Shown in pieces: positions 36,907-46,440 of a DNA stretch of 64,000 bases. This DNA comes from a virus. Location: positions 1 through 64,000 of IMG/VR virus record IMGVR_UViG_3300046781_000054; one strand, written 5' to 3'. Both the position numbers and the translations under genes were made by a program. The notes under the pieces are model-generated. The model was not told the origin of the DNA and did no database searches. It worked only from the letters and a program-made list of their open reading frames with translations. Each line of letters starts with the position of its first letter. Positions within the stretch are counted from its first letter, which is position 1.

Positions 36907-37224
36907 TCGTGAGGAATGGGGCGTGACGGGGCGCTCAAGCTGACAACTGGGGTGCGCGTACTGCACTATGTACCTGCCTGGTTCCGATGGATCAGGGCAT
37001 GAAAAGGCCCCGCTTCGGTGGTGCTGGTTCGGTGAGAACCTGAAAGATCGCTCAGCGGGTTGGCACCCGGTGGGCCTTAGCTCGTCCCTGGCAGGACGGG
37101 CCGTGATGTGAAGGCCGTGAGGCCGGACAGTGGGTGACACCACTGAACGGGCGTAAGCGGCCAGGCGGTTGAGGAAGACGCTCCCCGGCAAGGGAGCGGC
37201 AGGACCTCCCGCCGTAGATACGGG

Positions 37225-37437
37225 CTACGTCATCTGATCTCCCTCAATGGGCGAGGTCTGCCCCTGTGCCTGCTTGGCCAGGAAGTTGATGTGCTTGTCG
37301 ATCGCACCCATCAGAAGGTCGATCTCCCACTGCAAGGCGGGGCTCATCCGGGTGTGGCAGCAGATGGTTGAGGCCACCGTCTCCCGCAACTCCTCGCGGG
37401 TCATCGGCACGTTGGACCCGGGGAGAAGGGCGCTCAT
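37225..37437 (-). CDS. hypothetical protein
   Basis: ATGA overlap. Confidence 0.55.
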   Translation of the reverse strand: MSALLPGSNVPMTREELRETVASTICCHTRMSPALQWEIDLLMGAIDKHINFLAKQAQGQTSPIEGDQMT

Positions 37438-37871
37438 CGCTCGCCCCCCGACCGCCGTGCGTTTACCCGGGCCCGCTCGTACCGCTCATGGGCCTCAAGG
37501 AACGCCGCCTCCGAGCCACCCATGTCCGGGTGCGCGGCCCGCATAGCCGCCTTCAACTGGCCCAAGTCCGGCGCGGGCGCGTAGACCTCAAGCACGGGCG
37601 GCTGGAGGTACAGACGTGCATCCGCCTCCCACCACCCGGCCGACTTCCGCCAGATCTCGCCAGCAGCCTCGATCTCGTGCCGATCGATGTAGCCGACGTC
37701 GCCACGGCCTTCCGAGCGGATGTAGTAGATGCGCTTCGGCGTCTTCCTGGTGACGCGGAAGGTAATGACCGTCTTCGGCACGTAGAAGCGACTGTCGTCG
37801 CCTTCGTGGTGCTCGGCCTGGATGGCATACAGGTACTCCACGGCGAGGAGGTCCCCGCCCTGGGTGCTCAT
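37434..37871 (-). CDS. protein with C-terminal minimal J-domain
   Basis: LKAAMRAAHPDMGGSEAAFLEAHERYE. Confidence 0.7.
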   Translation of the reverse strand: MSTQGGDLLAVEYLYAIQAEHHEGDDSRFYVPKTVITFRVTRKTPKRIYYIRSEGRGDVGYIDRHEIEAAGEIWRKSAGWWEADARLYLQPPVLEVYAPAPDLGQLKAAMRAAHPDMGGSEAAFLEAHERYERARVNARRSGGER

Positions 37872-38222
37872 GCGACGGTCGGGGTAGTGGTGACAGGGCC
37901 CTCGCTCAACGCCGAACATGTGATGTTCACGGCGGAGACTGAGGTCCCACTGTCTGATCGCCCGGATGTCCGGGTACGCTTCGCCATAGAGCTGGCACCT
38001 TCATTCGTTCGCACGGTGTGGTGTCGGCGGGCCCCGCGTCCAGATGCTTCCAACATCAGGACTGCCGTTGAATCGGCGAGCGGGGCCTTTTGACTTGTCT
38101 GGGAGACCGGCCGACCGCACATCTGAGTAGCCGTCTGGTCCATAGCGCAGTCTATCGGTTGGGGCTGACAATGTTCCCCGTGACTCGCGATCGTGTCGTA
38201 CGTCCCGCGCGGCACCCTTGAC

Positions 38223-38651
38223 TCACCCCTCATCGTGGCCCCGCCCCTCCGACTCACCGTCAGCCGGATGCTCCGACAAGGCCGTTGCCATCGACCGGGC
38301 CACCATTCCCGCCATCGCCGAATGGCCGGCCGCCGCCAACTCCCCGCGGAGCCGCTCCAGCTGGTCCCGGTAGAAGTACGGGCGGGCCGCCAGCCTGGCC
38401 GTGTACATCCCCACAACGAACGCCCGCTCCCACACCTCCTGCACCACCACCGGATCCGCCTCCGGGAACAAATCCATCGGCAGCTTCGACGGCCGGCCCG
38501 CCGTCTCCAGCTCGGCGGCCGCGATCAGCCCCGCCAGATGCTGGGCCGTCATCACCGCCCGCCCCGACAGGCTCAGGTCCGTCCGTGACGTCTCGAACGC
38601 CGCCAGGTCCTGCTCGGCGGCCGCGGTCTCGGGAGTGTGGAACGTGGTCAC
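38223..38651 (-). CDS. hypothetical protein
   Basis: GTGA overlap. Confidence 0.7.
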   Translation of the reverse strand: MTTFHTPETAAAEQDLAAFETSRTDLSLSGRAVMTAQHLAGLIAAAELETAGRPSKLPMDLFPEADPVVVQEVWERAFVVGMYTARLAARPYFYRDQLERLRGELAAAGHSAMAGMVARSMATALSEHPADGESEGRGHDEG

Positions 38652-39481
38652 GCGGCAGCCTCCACAGGCGTGGTCGGAACAGACGGAGAGGGGAACACAG
38701 TCACCGAACCGCCCGGGCGGGCCTCGGCGTCGAACAGATCCAGCTCAAGCTGGCCGGCGATCGCAGCGAACTTCGACGGCTTCGGACGCACACCCCGCGT
38801 CCGCGACGGGCCGGCCGGACGCGTCGGCTCGTCCTCCCGCACCCGCGACAGCGCGGGCACCGTGCCGTCATCCCGGCGCACCACCCACCCCGGCGCCAGC
38901 AGCCCCCGCGCGGCCGCCTTGTCGATCAGCTCGTTCCGCGTCGCGGTCTTCGACAGACCGAGCTTGTCCAGGAGCCGGGACCGCTGCCAGTTCGTCGTCC
39001 GCAGCGTCAAACCGGTCACCCGGGCTATCACCCGCACATCCGCGTACTTCACGACCGCCCGCAGCACCTTCTGTGTCTGCTCCGTCGCGAAGTACTCATC
39101 CGGGGCCTCCCGCGGCACCTGCCTGCTCCGCGCCGCAATGACCTCCCTCGACCGGTCCAGGGCGCGCATCCCGCCGAGGATGCCCTCCCGCTCGATCAAC
39201 TGCCCGTCCGCGCCCACCGCCCGGCCGACCGCCAGGCACTGCACCATCACCGGACACGACACACAGACGTCGATGGCGGCCTCCTCGCGGGCCCGGCGCA
39301 CCGCCTGCGGCTCACCTCCGTCCCCGGACTGTGCAGTCCACGCATCCACCGACAGGCCCGGATTCCCCGCCGCACGCCGCGGATCATCCACATCGGGGGC
39401 GCACCCGCGGTACCGGTAGTGCGGATGCCAGGTCAACGCCTCATACGGCGACTTCGGCAACATCGTCTTGCTCGGGCTCAC
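38648..39481 (-). CDS. WhiB-like Fe-S domain plus HTH
   Basis: YRGC...VCVSCPVMVQCL...EGILGG. Confidence 0.75.
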   Translation of the reverse strand: MSPSKTMLPKSPYEALTWHPHYRYRGCAPDVDDPRRAAGNPGLSVDAWTAQSGDGGEPQAVRRAREEAAIDVCVSCPVMVQCLAVGRAVGADGQLIEREGILGGMRALDRSREVIAARSRQVPREAPDEYFATEQTQKVLRAVVKYADVRVIARVTGLTLRTTNWQRSRLLDKLGLSKTATRNELIDKAAARGLLAPGWVVRRDDGTVPALSRVREDEPTRPAGPSRTRGVRPKPSKFAAIAGQLELDLFDAEARPGGSVTVFPSPSVPTTPVEAAA

Positions 39482-39723
39482 TGGTGGCCCCCTTCCTGCA
39501 CAGTGGACTGGCTCGTAGACGGGACCGGCCCGCCCGCCATAGCGGCGGCACGGGCCAGCTGAAGTTCGCGTTGATGGTCGGCGTGGACAACGTGGTCGAC
39601 GAGCCGGCGCCCGGCCCGCTCCGCCCTCAGGTCCTGCTCGAGCGCGCCGACACGACGCACCAGCCAGACGACAGCCCAGCCCGCGGCGAGGACCGTGAGA
39701 CTGGCACGTATTCGGTGGGACAC
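39478..39723 (-). CDS. small membrane-anchored protein
   Basis: N-terminal TM segment. Confidence 0.6.
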   Translation of the reverse strand: MSHRIRASLTVLAAGWAVVWLVRRVGALEQDLRAERAGRRLVDHVVHADHQRELQLARAAAMAGGPVPSTSQSTVQEGGHQ

Positions 39724-39765
39724 GGGTCCTCACCACCTCTCTATCTGGGGAAGGGAATTCGGGGG

Positions 39766-40095
39766 TCACTGCTGCGGCTTGGACGCCTTCAAGAACTCCT
39801 CGAAGGCGATCAGTTCCGCCTCGTGCACGACCGGCTCGCCCGCGTCAGCCGCTGCCTGCAACTGGGCGCGGTGGGCTGCCTCCCACGCGACCTCGCCCTC
39901 GAGAGCCGCCTCGTCGGCGCGCAGTCGGTCGATTGCCTGCTCCACGCTTCCCGGATACACATCCGTCGGGAGTACTCCGCGGGCCCGGGCACGACGCCGG
40001 CGCCACGCGGCGAACGCACCGACCAGCCACACCCCGCACAGGATGAAGACGGTGCCGAGGGCGATGAGCCAGTTGTAGAAGGTGTCTTCGTTCAC
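39766..40095 (-). CDS. membrane-anchored protein
   Basis: N-terminal TM segment. Confidence 0.65.
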   Translation of the reverse strand: MNEDTFYNWLIALGTVFILCGVWLVGAFAAWRRRRARARGVLPTDVYPGSVEQAIDRLRADEAALEGEVAWEAAHRAQLQAAADAGEPVVHEAELIAFEEFLKASKPQQ

Positions 40096-40204
40096 GGCGG
40101 ACCTCGTTTCAGGCAAGGGGGAATCCCCGACTGGCGAACTGGTGAGGTGAAGCGGGTCCGGTGGGGCGGACGGGCGGGGCACTCAGACGTCCCCGCCAGG
40201 GGTG

Positions 40205-41548
40205 TTACGCGGCCGAGGCCAGAGCGTCCTGCAGAAACGGCACCCCGGTGGCGGCGGCCACGACGTGCGCGGCCAGGAGGGGCGGAACAGCGTTACCGAT
40301 CTGCTCGTACGCCTTGGTCTTCGTGCCCTGCCACGGATAGTCCTCGGGGAAGGACTGGAGGATCGACCCCTCCGGGACGGTCAACATGCGGCTCTTGTCG
40401 CCGTCCGTGAACACGTACTCGTTACGAGCGTGCCCGAACGCCAAGGTTGCGGCCGGCTCGGACATCGTGCGTACCGTGGCGTTGGCGCGGGCGTTGTGCT
40501 TGAGAACCCACTGCCCACCGGATTTGCTGGTAAGTGCGGGTGCGGGTGCGGTGTGCGGGTCAATCGTCTGCCGCGAACCGTCAGGCTGCTGATTCCGATT
40601 CGTGTGCAACGTCCACGACCGGGCCCTCGCCGTCAAAGCCTGCGACGGCTCATCCACCGGGAACTCGTTGCCGCCCTGCGTCTTGCGCTCACCGCGAGTG
40701 TTCACGATGAGGCTCGGGACCAGGCCGAGCGCGTCGGCCATCGTCACGTACTGCGGACGAGCCTCACCGAACAGATCCTCGGCCTCGATCTCCTTGCTGT
40801 GCGTCGGCGCCGGCGGGCCCATGGGACGCACGGCCGAAGCCAGGAGCACCGCACGCCTACGGGTCTGCGGCACTCCGTAGTCCGCCGCGTTCAAGACGCC
40901 CGACCACACGAACCAGCCCAGCCTGCGCAGCTCCTCGCCGTACACCTTCCACAGCGGCAGCACACCCGGCACCTGCTCGAACGCCGCCCACTCCAACGGG
41001 ATCCCGGCGGACGTGTCGCCGGTGGTCAGCTCCCACAGGTAACGAGCCGGCTCCAGCACCAGCACCGTCACGAACGCGTCCTCCCGCGCCGCCGCCTCCA
41101 CCTGGGCGACCGTCCAAGGCCGCTTGCCCTTCGCTACACGCTCGGCGTTGTCCGCCTCCTGCTGCGCCAACGCGACCGGGAAGATCCGCTCCCGCAACTC
41201 CTCGCGGCAGTCGTCGCCGCGCAGCATCCGCTGGATCCCGTCGGCGAGCAGGCCCATGACCCGCATGCCGAACTGCTTGCCGGCCGTGGAGAACTTCGTG
41301 CACGGCGGCGAGAACAGCAGTCCCCACACCTGGCCCACGAGCGGCGTCAGGACGAACGAGGAGACGTCCACCCGGACCGTCGTGTGCCCGGCAGCCCTAC
41401 GCGTCTCACAGGCCGCCGCATCCCACTCCAGACCCACATCCGTCAGGCCCAGCCAGCGGCGTATGCCTTCCGACCAGCCGCCCGGGCCAGCGCACCCGTC
41501 GAGGATGAGGCCCTTCTGCTGCGGCGCCCACCCGGCGAACACGGCCAT
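40205..41548 (-). CDS. DNA cytosine-5 methyltransferase (orphan)
   Basis: motif I DGCAGPGG, IV SPPC, VI EQV, VIII QTRRR, X QIGNAV. Confidence 0.92.
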   Translation of the reverse strand: MAVFAGWAPQQKGLILDGCAGPGGWSEGIRRWLGLTDVGLEWDAAACETRRAAGHTTVRVDVSSFVLTPLVGQVWGLLFSPPCTKFSTAGKQFGMRVMGLLADGIQRMLRGDDCREELRERIFPVALAQQEADNAERVAKGKRPWTVAQVEAAAREDAFVTVLVLEPARYLWELTTGDTSAGIPLEWAAFEQVPGVLPLWKVYGEELRRLGWFVWSGVLNAADYGVPQTRRRAVLLASAVRPMGPPAPTHSKEIEAEDLFGEARPQYVTMADALGLVPSLIVNTRGERKTQGGNEFPVDEPSQALTARARSWTLHTNRNQQPDGSRQTIDPHTAPAPALTSKSGGQWVLKHNARANATVRTMSEPAATLAFGHARNEYVFTDGDKSRMLTVPEGSILQSFPEDYPWQGTKTKAYEQIGNAVPPLLAAHVVAAATGVPFLQDALASAA

Positions 41549-42510
41549 CAGGCGGCGCTCCCCTCGGGTGTCTTGGTGGGCTGCAGTTCGGTGATCCGGG
41601 CCTCGAGCAGTGCGTCGAACGTGGTCCAGTTGCTCTCGGGCGGCGGACCCTGCACGCTCCGTTCGGACACCGCGTTCTTCTTGCCGTCCAAGCGGATCTG
41701 CAGCAGCGCCGTCGGGTTGTCCCAGCAGTTCCGGTACTGCGCGATCAGGCGCGCCAGAGGATCCTCGTCGGGCGCCGAAGTCGGCGGAGCCTGGTGAGCG
41801 TGCTCGCGGGCCTGCTCCGGCTCCGTACGGGCCGGTGCCGACTGGCCGCCCTGTTCCGCTGCCTCTCCGCCTCCGGACTCCAGGATCTCCAGGTCGGATG
41901 ACGTCCACAGATCCAGGGCCATCCCGAAGCGCATCCCCGCGTTACGGATCGCATCGCCGATGATCTCCTTCACGGCGTTCGCGCCGTCCTTACCGGTCGC
42001 GTCGCCGTACCCGATCCGCGTCATCCCGCACACCGTCATCCGGATCCACAGCCCGCGGTTCCCGTCGTACTGGGGAAGCCCGCTGCCATCCAACGCCAGC
42101 GGCAGCCAGTCCCAGAACGGATCCACGTTCAGCAGCCGGTTCGTGGCCTCGGCGTGCCCGATGTACTTCAGGCAGATGTGCGCCTCGGTGATTTTCTGGT
42201 TGTTGCAGCGCTGGCAGCGGATCTCGTTGTGGTTCTGGCACACCTTGGGCCAGCCCTGTGTCTGGCTGCACTTCTTGCACCAGGGCTGCGGCCGGTACCG
42301 CACTTCGCTGGTCGGGAACGGCTCCCGCAGCCGGTGCAGGGCCTCCATCTGCTCGGCCCGCGTGTAGCCGTACGTGCCGGAAGCGTTGGCCTTCTGCTCC
42401 TCCAGCCGCTCCAGACGGGCGACGAGGGCTTCCAGATCCGGGTTCGGGGTGTGCGAGGTCAGACCCTCCGCGATGCTGCTCTGTGCGGGGGCCTCAACGG
42501 CTTGCGCCAT
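41548..42510 (-). CDS. Rad52/Rad22 (Sak-like) ssDNA annealing protein
   Basis: YIGHAEATNRLLNVDP.W...KEIIGDAIRNAGMRFGMALDLW. Confidence 0.85.
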   Translation of the reverse strand: MAQAVEAPAQSSIAEGLTSHTPNPDLEALVARLERLEEQKANASGTYGYTRAEQMEALHRLREPFPTSEVRYRPQPWCKKCSQTQGWPKVCQNHNEIRCQRCNNQKITEAHICLKYIGHAEATNRLLNVDPFWDWLPLALDGSGLPQYDGNRGLWIRMTVCGMTRIGYGDATGKDGANAVKEIIGDAIRNAGMRFGMALDLWTSSDLEILESGGGEAAEQGGQSAPARTEPEQAREHAHQAPPTSAPDEDPLARLIAQYRNCWDNPTALLQIRLDGKKNAVSERSVQGPPPESNWTTFDALLEARITELQPTKTPEGSAA

Positions 42511-42583
42511 GAGGGTTTCTCCTATGGGGTTATGCAGGGTGCGGGGCGGCCCACCAATCCGGGGGCCGGCATCCCGCCCCCGA

Positions 42584-43543
42584 TCAGTCGGTTCCGGCCG
42601 TCAGGCCGTACTCCTCGTCAAACAGCTCTTCCAAGCCCAACTCGTTCGCGAGCCAGCCCGTACCGATCGTCTGCGGCGACACCCGGTACTTCAGCGTCTG
42701 CTGCAACTCGGCCGCCTTCACCCGCACCGACGCGAACAGTTCCGCATCCACATACGGGCTCAACAGCTTCCGCTCGTACGTCGACCCGGGCGCTGCCTTC
42801 GGCACCGGCCACGGCTCCCACTCACCGGCGAGAACCTTCCGCAGACCCTCCTCAACGATCCGCCGCAACTCCGAGTCCGTGTTGTCCAGCCCCGCCAGAA
42901 TCGCAGCATGCAACTGCGGCGGCACCGGCATGTTCATCAGAGCCAGATCACTCTTCGGCACCTCGTAGGCGACACCGAACTCCTCGCACAGCAGCGCCGT
43001 CGCCATCTTCGGCACCGTCGCCTTCGCCTCGTACCCCAGCCGCCGGCCGATCTCCGCGACCTGATCCCGCATCCGAGCCAGCAGCTCCATGTCGACGGGC
43101 ACGTTCAGGTTCACGCGTTCCACGGCGGAATTGCGGGGGCTGCGCGGAATCTCGACCGGCTCGGCCTCACCGTCCAGGACAGCCCTGAACCGGTCGTTGA
43201 GGGCCTTGCCCAGCAACGCGGACACGCTCTTGCCCGGCTGCTTGGCCGCGCTCTGCAGAGCTGCACGCAGCGGCTCCGGCATCCCGATCGCCAGGTTCTG
43301 CGTCGTGTCCTCACTCAGATCGCCGGCGCGCTCGTCGTGCTGCAGCATCCGGAACCCGAACGGGGAACGCAGCTCCTCCAGCGTCGCGGCAACCTCGGGC
43401 AGTTGCCCCTCGACGGCGTCAGCGGCCAGCTTCAGGTGCTCGCGGACGGTCTCAACACTCTTGCTGCGGCGGGGCACGGGGCGGGTCCTCTCGGCGGAGC
43501 GCCCGGTGCGGCGGTGCGGCGGGCGCGTGGGGGTATTGGCCAC
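42584..43543 (-). CDS. putative repressor with tandem ribbon-helix-helix units
   Basis: internal duplication with four beta-helix-helix-like segments. Confidence 0.65.
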   Translation of the reverse strand: MANTPTRPPHRRTGRSAERTRPVPRRSKSVETVREHLKLAADAVEGQLPEVAATLEELRSPFGFRMLQHDERAGDLSEDTTQNLAIGMPEPLRAALQSAAKQPGKSVSALLGKALNDRFRAVLDGEAEPVEIPRSPRNSAVERVNLNVPVDMELLARMRDQVAEIGRRLGYEAKATVPKMATALLCEEFGVAYEVPKSDLALMNMPVPPQLHAAILAGLDNTDSELRRIVEEGLRKVLAGEWEPWPVPKAAPGSTYERKLLSPYVDAELFASVRVKAAELQQTLKYRVSPQTIGTGWLANELGLEELFDEEYGLTAGTD

Positions 43544-43554
43544 GCCATCATCCT

Positions 43555-43567
43555 CCATAACGCATTG
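43555..43567 (-). promoter_or_regulatory. operator core overlapping RBS of RHH gene
   Basis: CAATGCGTTATGG. Confidence 0.7.
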
Positions 43568-43623
43568 GTGGACCAGAGGCGGCTGGTGCCGTCCCGGTGG
43601 TCACGACGATACGCACAAACCCC

Positions 43624-43652
43624 TTGCTTGTCCATGCGTTATGGATTACGTT
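43624..43652 (+). promoter_or_regulatory. conserved promoter/operator, copy 4
   Basis: TTGCTT-GTCCATGCGTTATGGAT-TACGTT. Confidence 0.75.
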
Positions 43653-43686
43653 CTAAGTATTCCAACTAGCAAGCGGGGGCACCCAC

Positions 43687-44112
43687 ATGAAGCACACCCA
43701 CAGCCAGCCGGCCACCAAAACCCTCGCCGACCTGTACCGCGCCATCGACCACCGCCGGGCAGTCACCATCACCTACCTCAAGCCCGGCGAGACCGAGCCC
43801 ACCGTCCGCACCATCGAGATCGCCGAACTCCGCACCGCCAGCGTCAAGGTGCGCAAGGGAGAACTGACCGGCGGCGGCATCGTCATCGTCGCCATGTGCC
43901 GGCTCCGCGGAGAGCGCCGCGAGTTCCACCTCTCCGGCCTGATCTCGTACACCGTCCACCGCATCGGCTACGTGCTGACCATGCCGCCCAACACCACCTA
44001 CGAAGCCCCCGTACCCGCGCCCGTCGACGACGTCCAGGCCCTGTTCTTTCACGAGCTGGCCCGCGACCGCGACGACGCCGACTACCGGCCCCGCGTACGT
44101 CTGGCGGCCTGA
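43687..44112 (+). CDS. stand-alone WYL domain protein
   Basis: LYRAIDHRRAVTITY...TVRTIE...AMCRLRGERREFHLSGL. Confidence 0.8.
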   Translation: MKHTHSQPATKTLADLYRAIDHRRAVTITYLKPGETEPTVRTIEIAELRTASVKVRKGELTGGGIVIVAMCRLRGERREFHLSGLISYTVHRIGYVLTMPPNTTYEAPVPAPVDDVQALFFHELARDRDDADYRPRVRLAA

Positions 44113-44254
44113 CCAGGGCCCACAACGAAGAAAGCCACCGACTCCGCATGGAGTTGGTGGCCAATCCTGATGGGCGCACGCCCGATTCGACGGAAGTCTA
44201 ACCCGGGAACGCGCCACCGATCAAGAAACTCTCCAAACTGGGGGAACGCTCAGC

Positions 44255-45187
44255 ATGCAGCAGTACGCCGTCAGATGCGGATGCGGCCGAACCATGAACC
44301 TGTACGGGCGCGCCGGCCGCAATGCCTTCCGCTGCGGATGCGGCACACGCGTACAGGTGGTGGCGGCGCCCGTCACCACCCGGATCTGCACGTTCGGAGA
44401 ATGTCGCACCCTGGCGACCACCAAGGAACCGCTGCGTTTCTGTCCCGAGCACGAGGAGCAAGCATCAACTCTGCTCGCCCACACCGCTGGCGCCGTCAAA
44501 GTGCGGGAACTGGAGATAGGCCTGACCCAGGGCGAGACGACATGGGCCCGCAGGTACGGATCCAGGATCCGGCGAGGCCCGCAGGACACGGCGCACGCCC
44601 CGACCGTCTACTTTGCCCGCAAAGAACACCTCATCAAGATCGGGACCACGACAAACCTGTATGTCCGGATGGCGACTCTATACACACAGGCCCTGGCAAC
44701 AGAGCCCGGCGGCATCGTCCGTGAACGTCAGCTGCACCGCCGCTTTGGGCACCTGCTAGCCCCTGGGCGAGGACGCGAATGGTTCCACCCGGAGCCCGAA
44801 CTGATGGAGTACATCAACGAACTCCGTACCGCATCCGGAATCCCGCCGGTCGGCAGCCCAGCGCCGCCCATAGGTCAATACGTAGAGATTGACACCTACC
44901 TGGCAGAGACCACCGAACAACGCCCTGTCCGGACACTCACGCAGAACGGAGAACCCCTGGCCGGTCGAATGGTCATGGAGAAGCTTGCCCGATCCCACCC
45001 TCGCTCGCAGGTGCACGCCGCCGTTACAGGTACGTGGCAGACCCGCAGACTTGCCGTGGCAGCCTGCACCCCGTCCAGGGAGATTGGTGCCGGATCAGGA
45101 GGTCTGGTTACCGCCTCCACGGTGCCCAGCCGAGACCTGTGTAACCGGCTTCCCTGCCTTGCCCGCTGGGACACGTTGACCGACTAA
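44255..45187 (+). CDS. GIY-YIG (T5orf172/MUG113-like) protein with Zn ribbon
   Basis: VYFA...IKIGTT.NL..R...ERQLHRRF...EWF. Confidence 0.8.
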   Translation: MQQYAVRCGCGRTMNLYGRAGRNAFRCGCGTRVQVVAAPVTTRICTFGECRTLATTKEPLRFCPEHEEQASTLLAHTAGAVKVRELEIGLTQGETTWARRYGSRIRRGPQDTAHAPTVYFARKEHLIKIGTTTNLYVRMATLYTQALATEPGGIVRERQLHRRFGHLLAPGRGREWFHPEPELMEYINELRTASGIPPVGSPAPPIGQYVEIDTYLAETTEQRPVRTLTQNGEPLAGRMVMEKLARSHPRSQVHAAVTGTWQTRRLAVAACTPSREIGAGSGGLVTASTVPSRDLCNRLPCLARWDTLTD

Positions 45188-45243
45188 CCCAGACCGCCGC
45201 CACGGGGGAAGCCCCAGTTCAGGATCGCGCGAGAATCGATGCC

Positions 45244-45432
45244 ATGACCCGTCAGGAAGCCCTCACCGAGCAGCCATCCGGCCCCCGCCGGCGCGTCTGG
45301 TGCCGCGGCTGCCGCAAGGAACTGACCGACCCCGACAGCCGAACCCGCGGCTACGGCCCCGAATGCGATCCCGACACCCGCGCCGGCCACGAACGGCGCG
45401 ACGCCGACCAAGACCCCATCCCCGGACTGTAG
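45244..45432 (+). CDS. DUF6011-like small Zn-binding protein
   Basis: CRGCRKELTDPDSRTRGYGPEC. Confidence 0.75.
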   Translation: MTRQEALTEQPSGPRRRVWCRGCRKELTDPDSRTRGYGPECDPDTRAGHERRDADQDPIPGL

Positions 45433-45467
45433 CGCGGGCCTCGGTGTACGTCGGGGCGCTGCGGATG

Positions 45468-46187
45468 TCAGGTGGTGTCGTCGTCTTCGGATTCGTCGGC
45501 GCCCGGGTCGGGGTTCATCTTGTCCCAGGCCCATCCTGCGCCGAGCAGGAGCGGGCTGACGACAAGCATGGCACCGCCGGCGTCCTCCAGGAGTTCCTTG
45601 GCCATCTCGCTCTCGACCTGGGCCTGTACCAGCACGGTGAAGACGAGGATGGCCCAGAAGGCGATGAACAGCTTCTTCTGCGCGGCCCAGGACAGGCCGG
45701 CGGGCTGGGAGGAGGCGAACGTGCGCGCGGTGTCGGCGAGCGTGTCGAGGAGTTCCTCATCCAGGTCGCCGGTGGTGTCGTCGACGTGGGCGGTGGCCTC
45801 GTCGACAACCCGTCGGGCCCACTCGCGCTGTTCGGCCGGCAGGGCGTCGAACGGGGAGGCGAGGACAGCGTCAACGTTCAGGCGGGAGACGTCCAGACGG
45901 AAGCCGTCGGTGTATCCGGCTGCCATGGCGCTCGCGGAGAAGGCCCTGGCAGCCTGGACGAACTGTTCGTTGCGTGCGGCGATGGCCGGGGCCATGGTGC
46001 GGGCGAACTGCTCGGCGTACCGGTTCGCGGTGCGCCGGGAGTGGCTGTGGACCGCGGCGGCGAACTCCTCGCTCTGGCGGCGCATGCGCTCCAGGGCGGG
46101 GCTGTCGATGATGGCGTCGGCCAGGCGGCGGGCCATCTCCTGGACGGGATCGGATCTGTAGGGCTGGGACATGCGGTACATCCTCAC
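45468..46187 (-). CDS. hypothetical membrane protein (moron-like)
   Basis: two C-terminal TM segments. Confidence 0.7.
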   Translation of the reverse strand: MRMYRMSQPYRSDPVQEMARRLADAIIDSPALERMRRQSEEFAAAVHSHSRRTANRYAEQFARTMAPAIAARNEQFVQAARAFSASAMAAGYTDGFRLDVSRLNVDAVLASPFDALPAEQREWARRVVDEATAHVDDTTGDLDEELLDTLADTARTFASSQPAGLSWAAQKKLFIAFWAILVFTVLVQAQVESEMAKELLEDAGGAMLVVSPLLLGAGWAWDKMNPDPGADESEDDDTT

Positions 46188-46238
46188 GGAAGGCGGGCCC
46201 CGGCCGGAAGCCGATCACTGAATCTCGCGGCTCAACAC

Positions 46239-46440
46239 GGGGTGCCGTTAACGAGCGGCTCCCCAAGTGACAAGTAGCTCTGCGTGATTGGCGGGAGCGC
46301 CAGTGAGCTGCATCGTTCACGGAGCGGAGTCGTAGCTCCGGAGGTCCGGTCCAGACCTCTCCTCGGATCAAGATCACGAAGCGCTGACCTGGTCTTTTTC
46401 GCTACTTGTCACTTCGTTCGCTGTTCGTTAGCGGCACCCC
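46239..46440. mobile_element. 202-bp Tn3-like MITE
   Basis: 40-bp imperfect terminal IRs starting GGGG; 5-bp direct repeat AACAC at 46234-46238 and 46441-46445. Confidence 0.85.

Noticed and set aside
37868-38220. Possible CDS between the J-domain gene and 38223
   Set aside because: Poor codon bias and no motif; left uncalled.
42521-42537. Additional copy of the regulon operator (ATGGGGTTATGC)
   Set aside because: Too divergent and lacks the -35/-10 frame.
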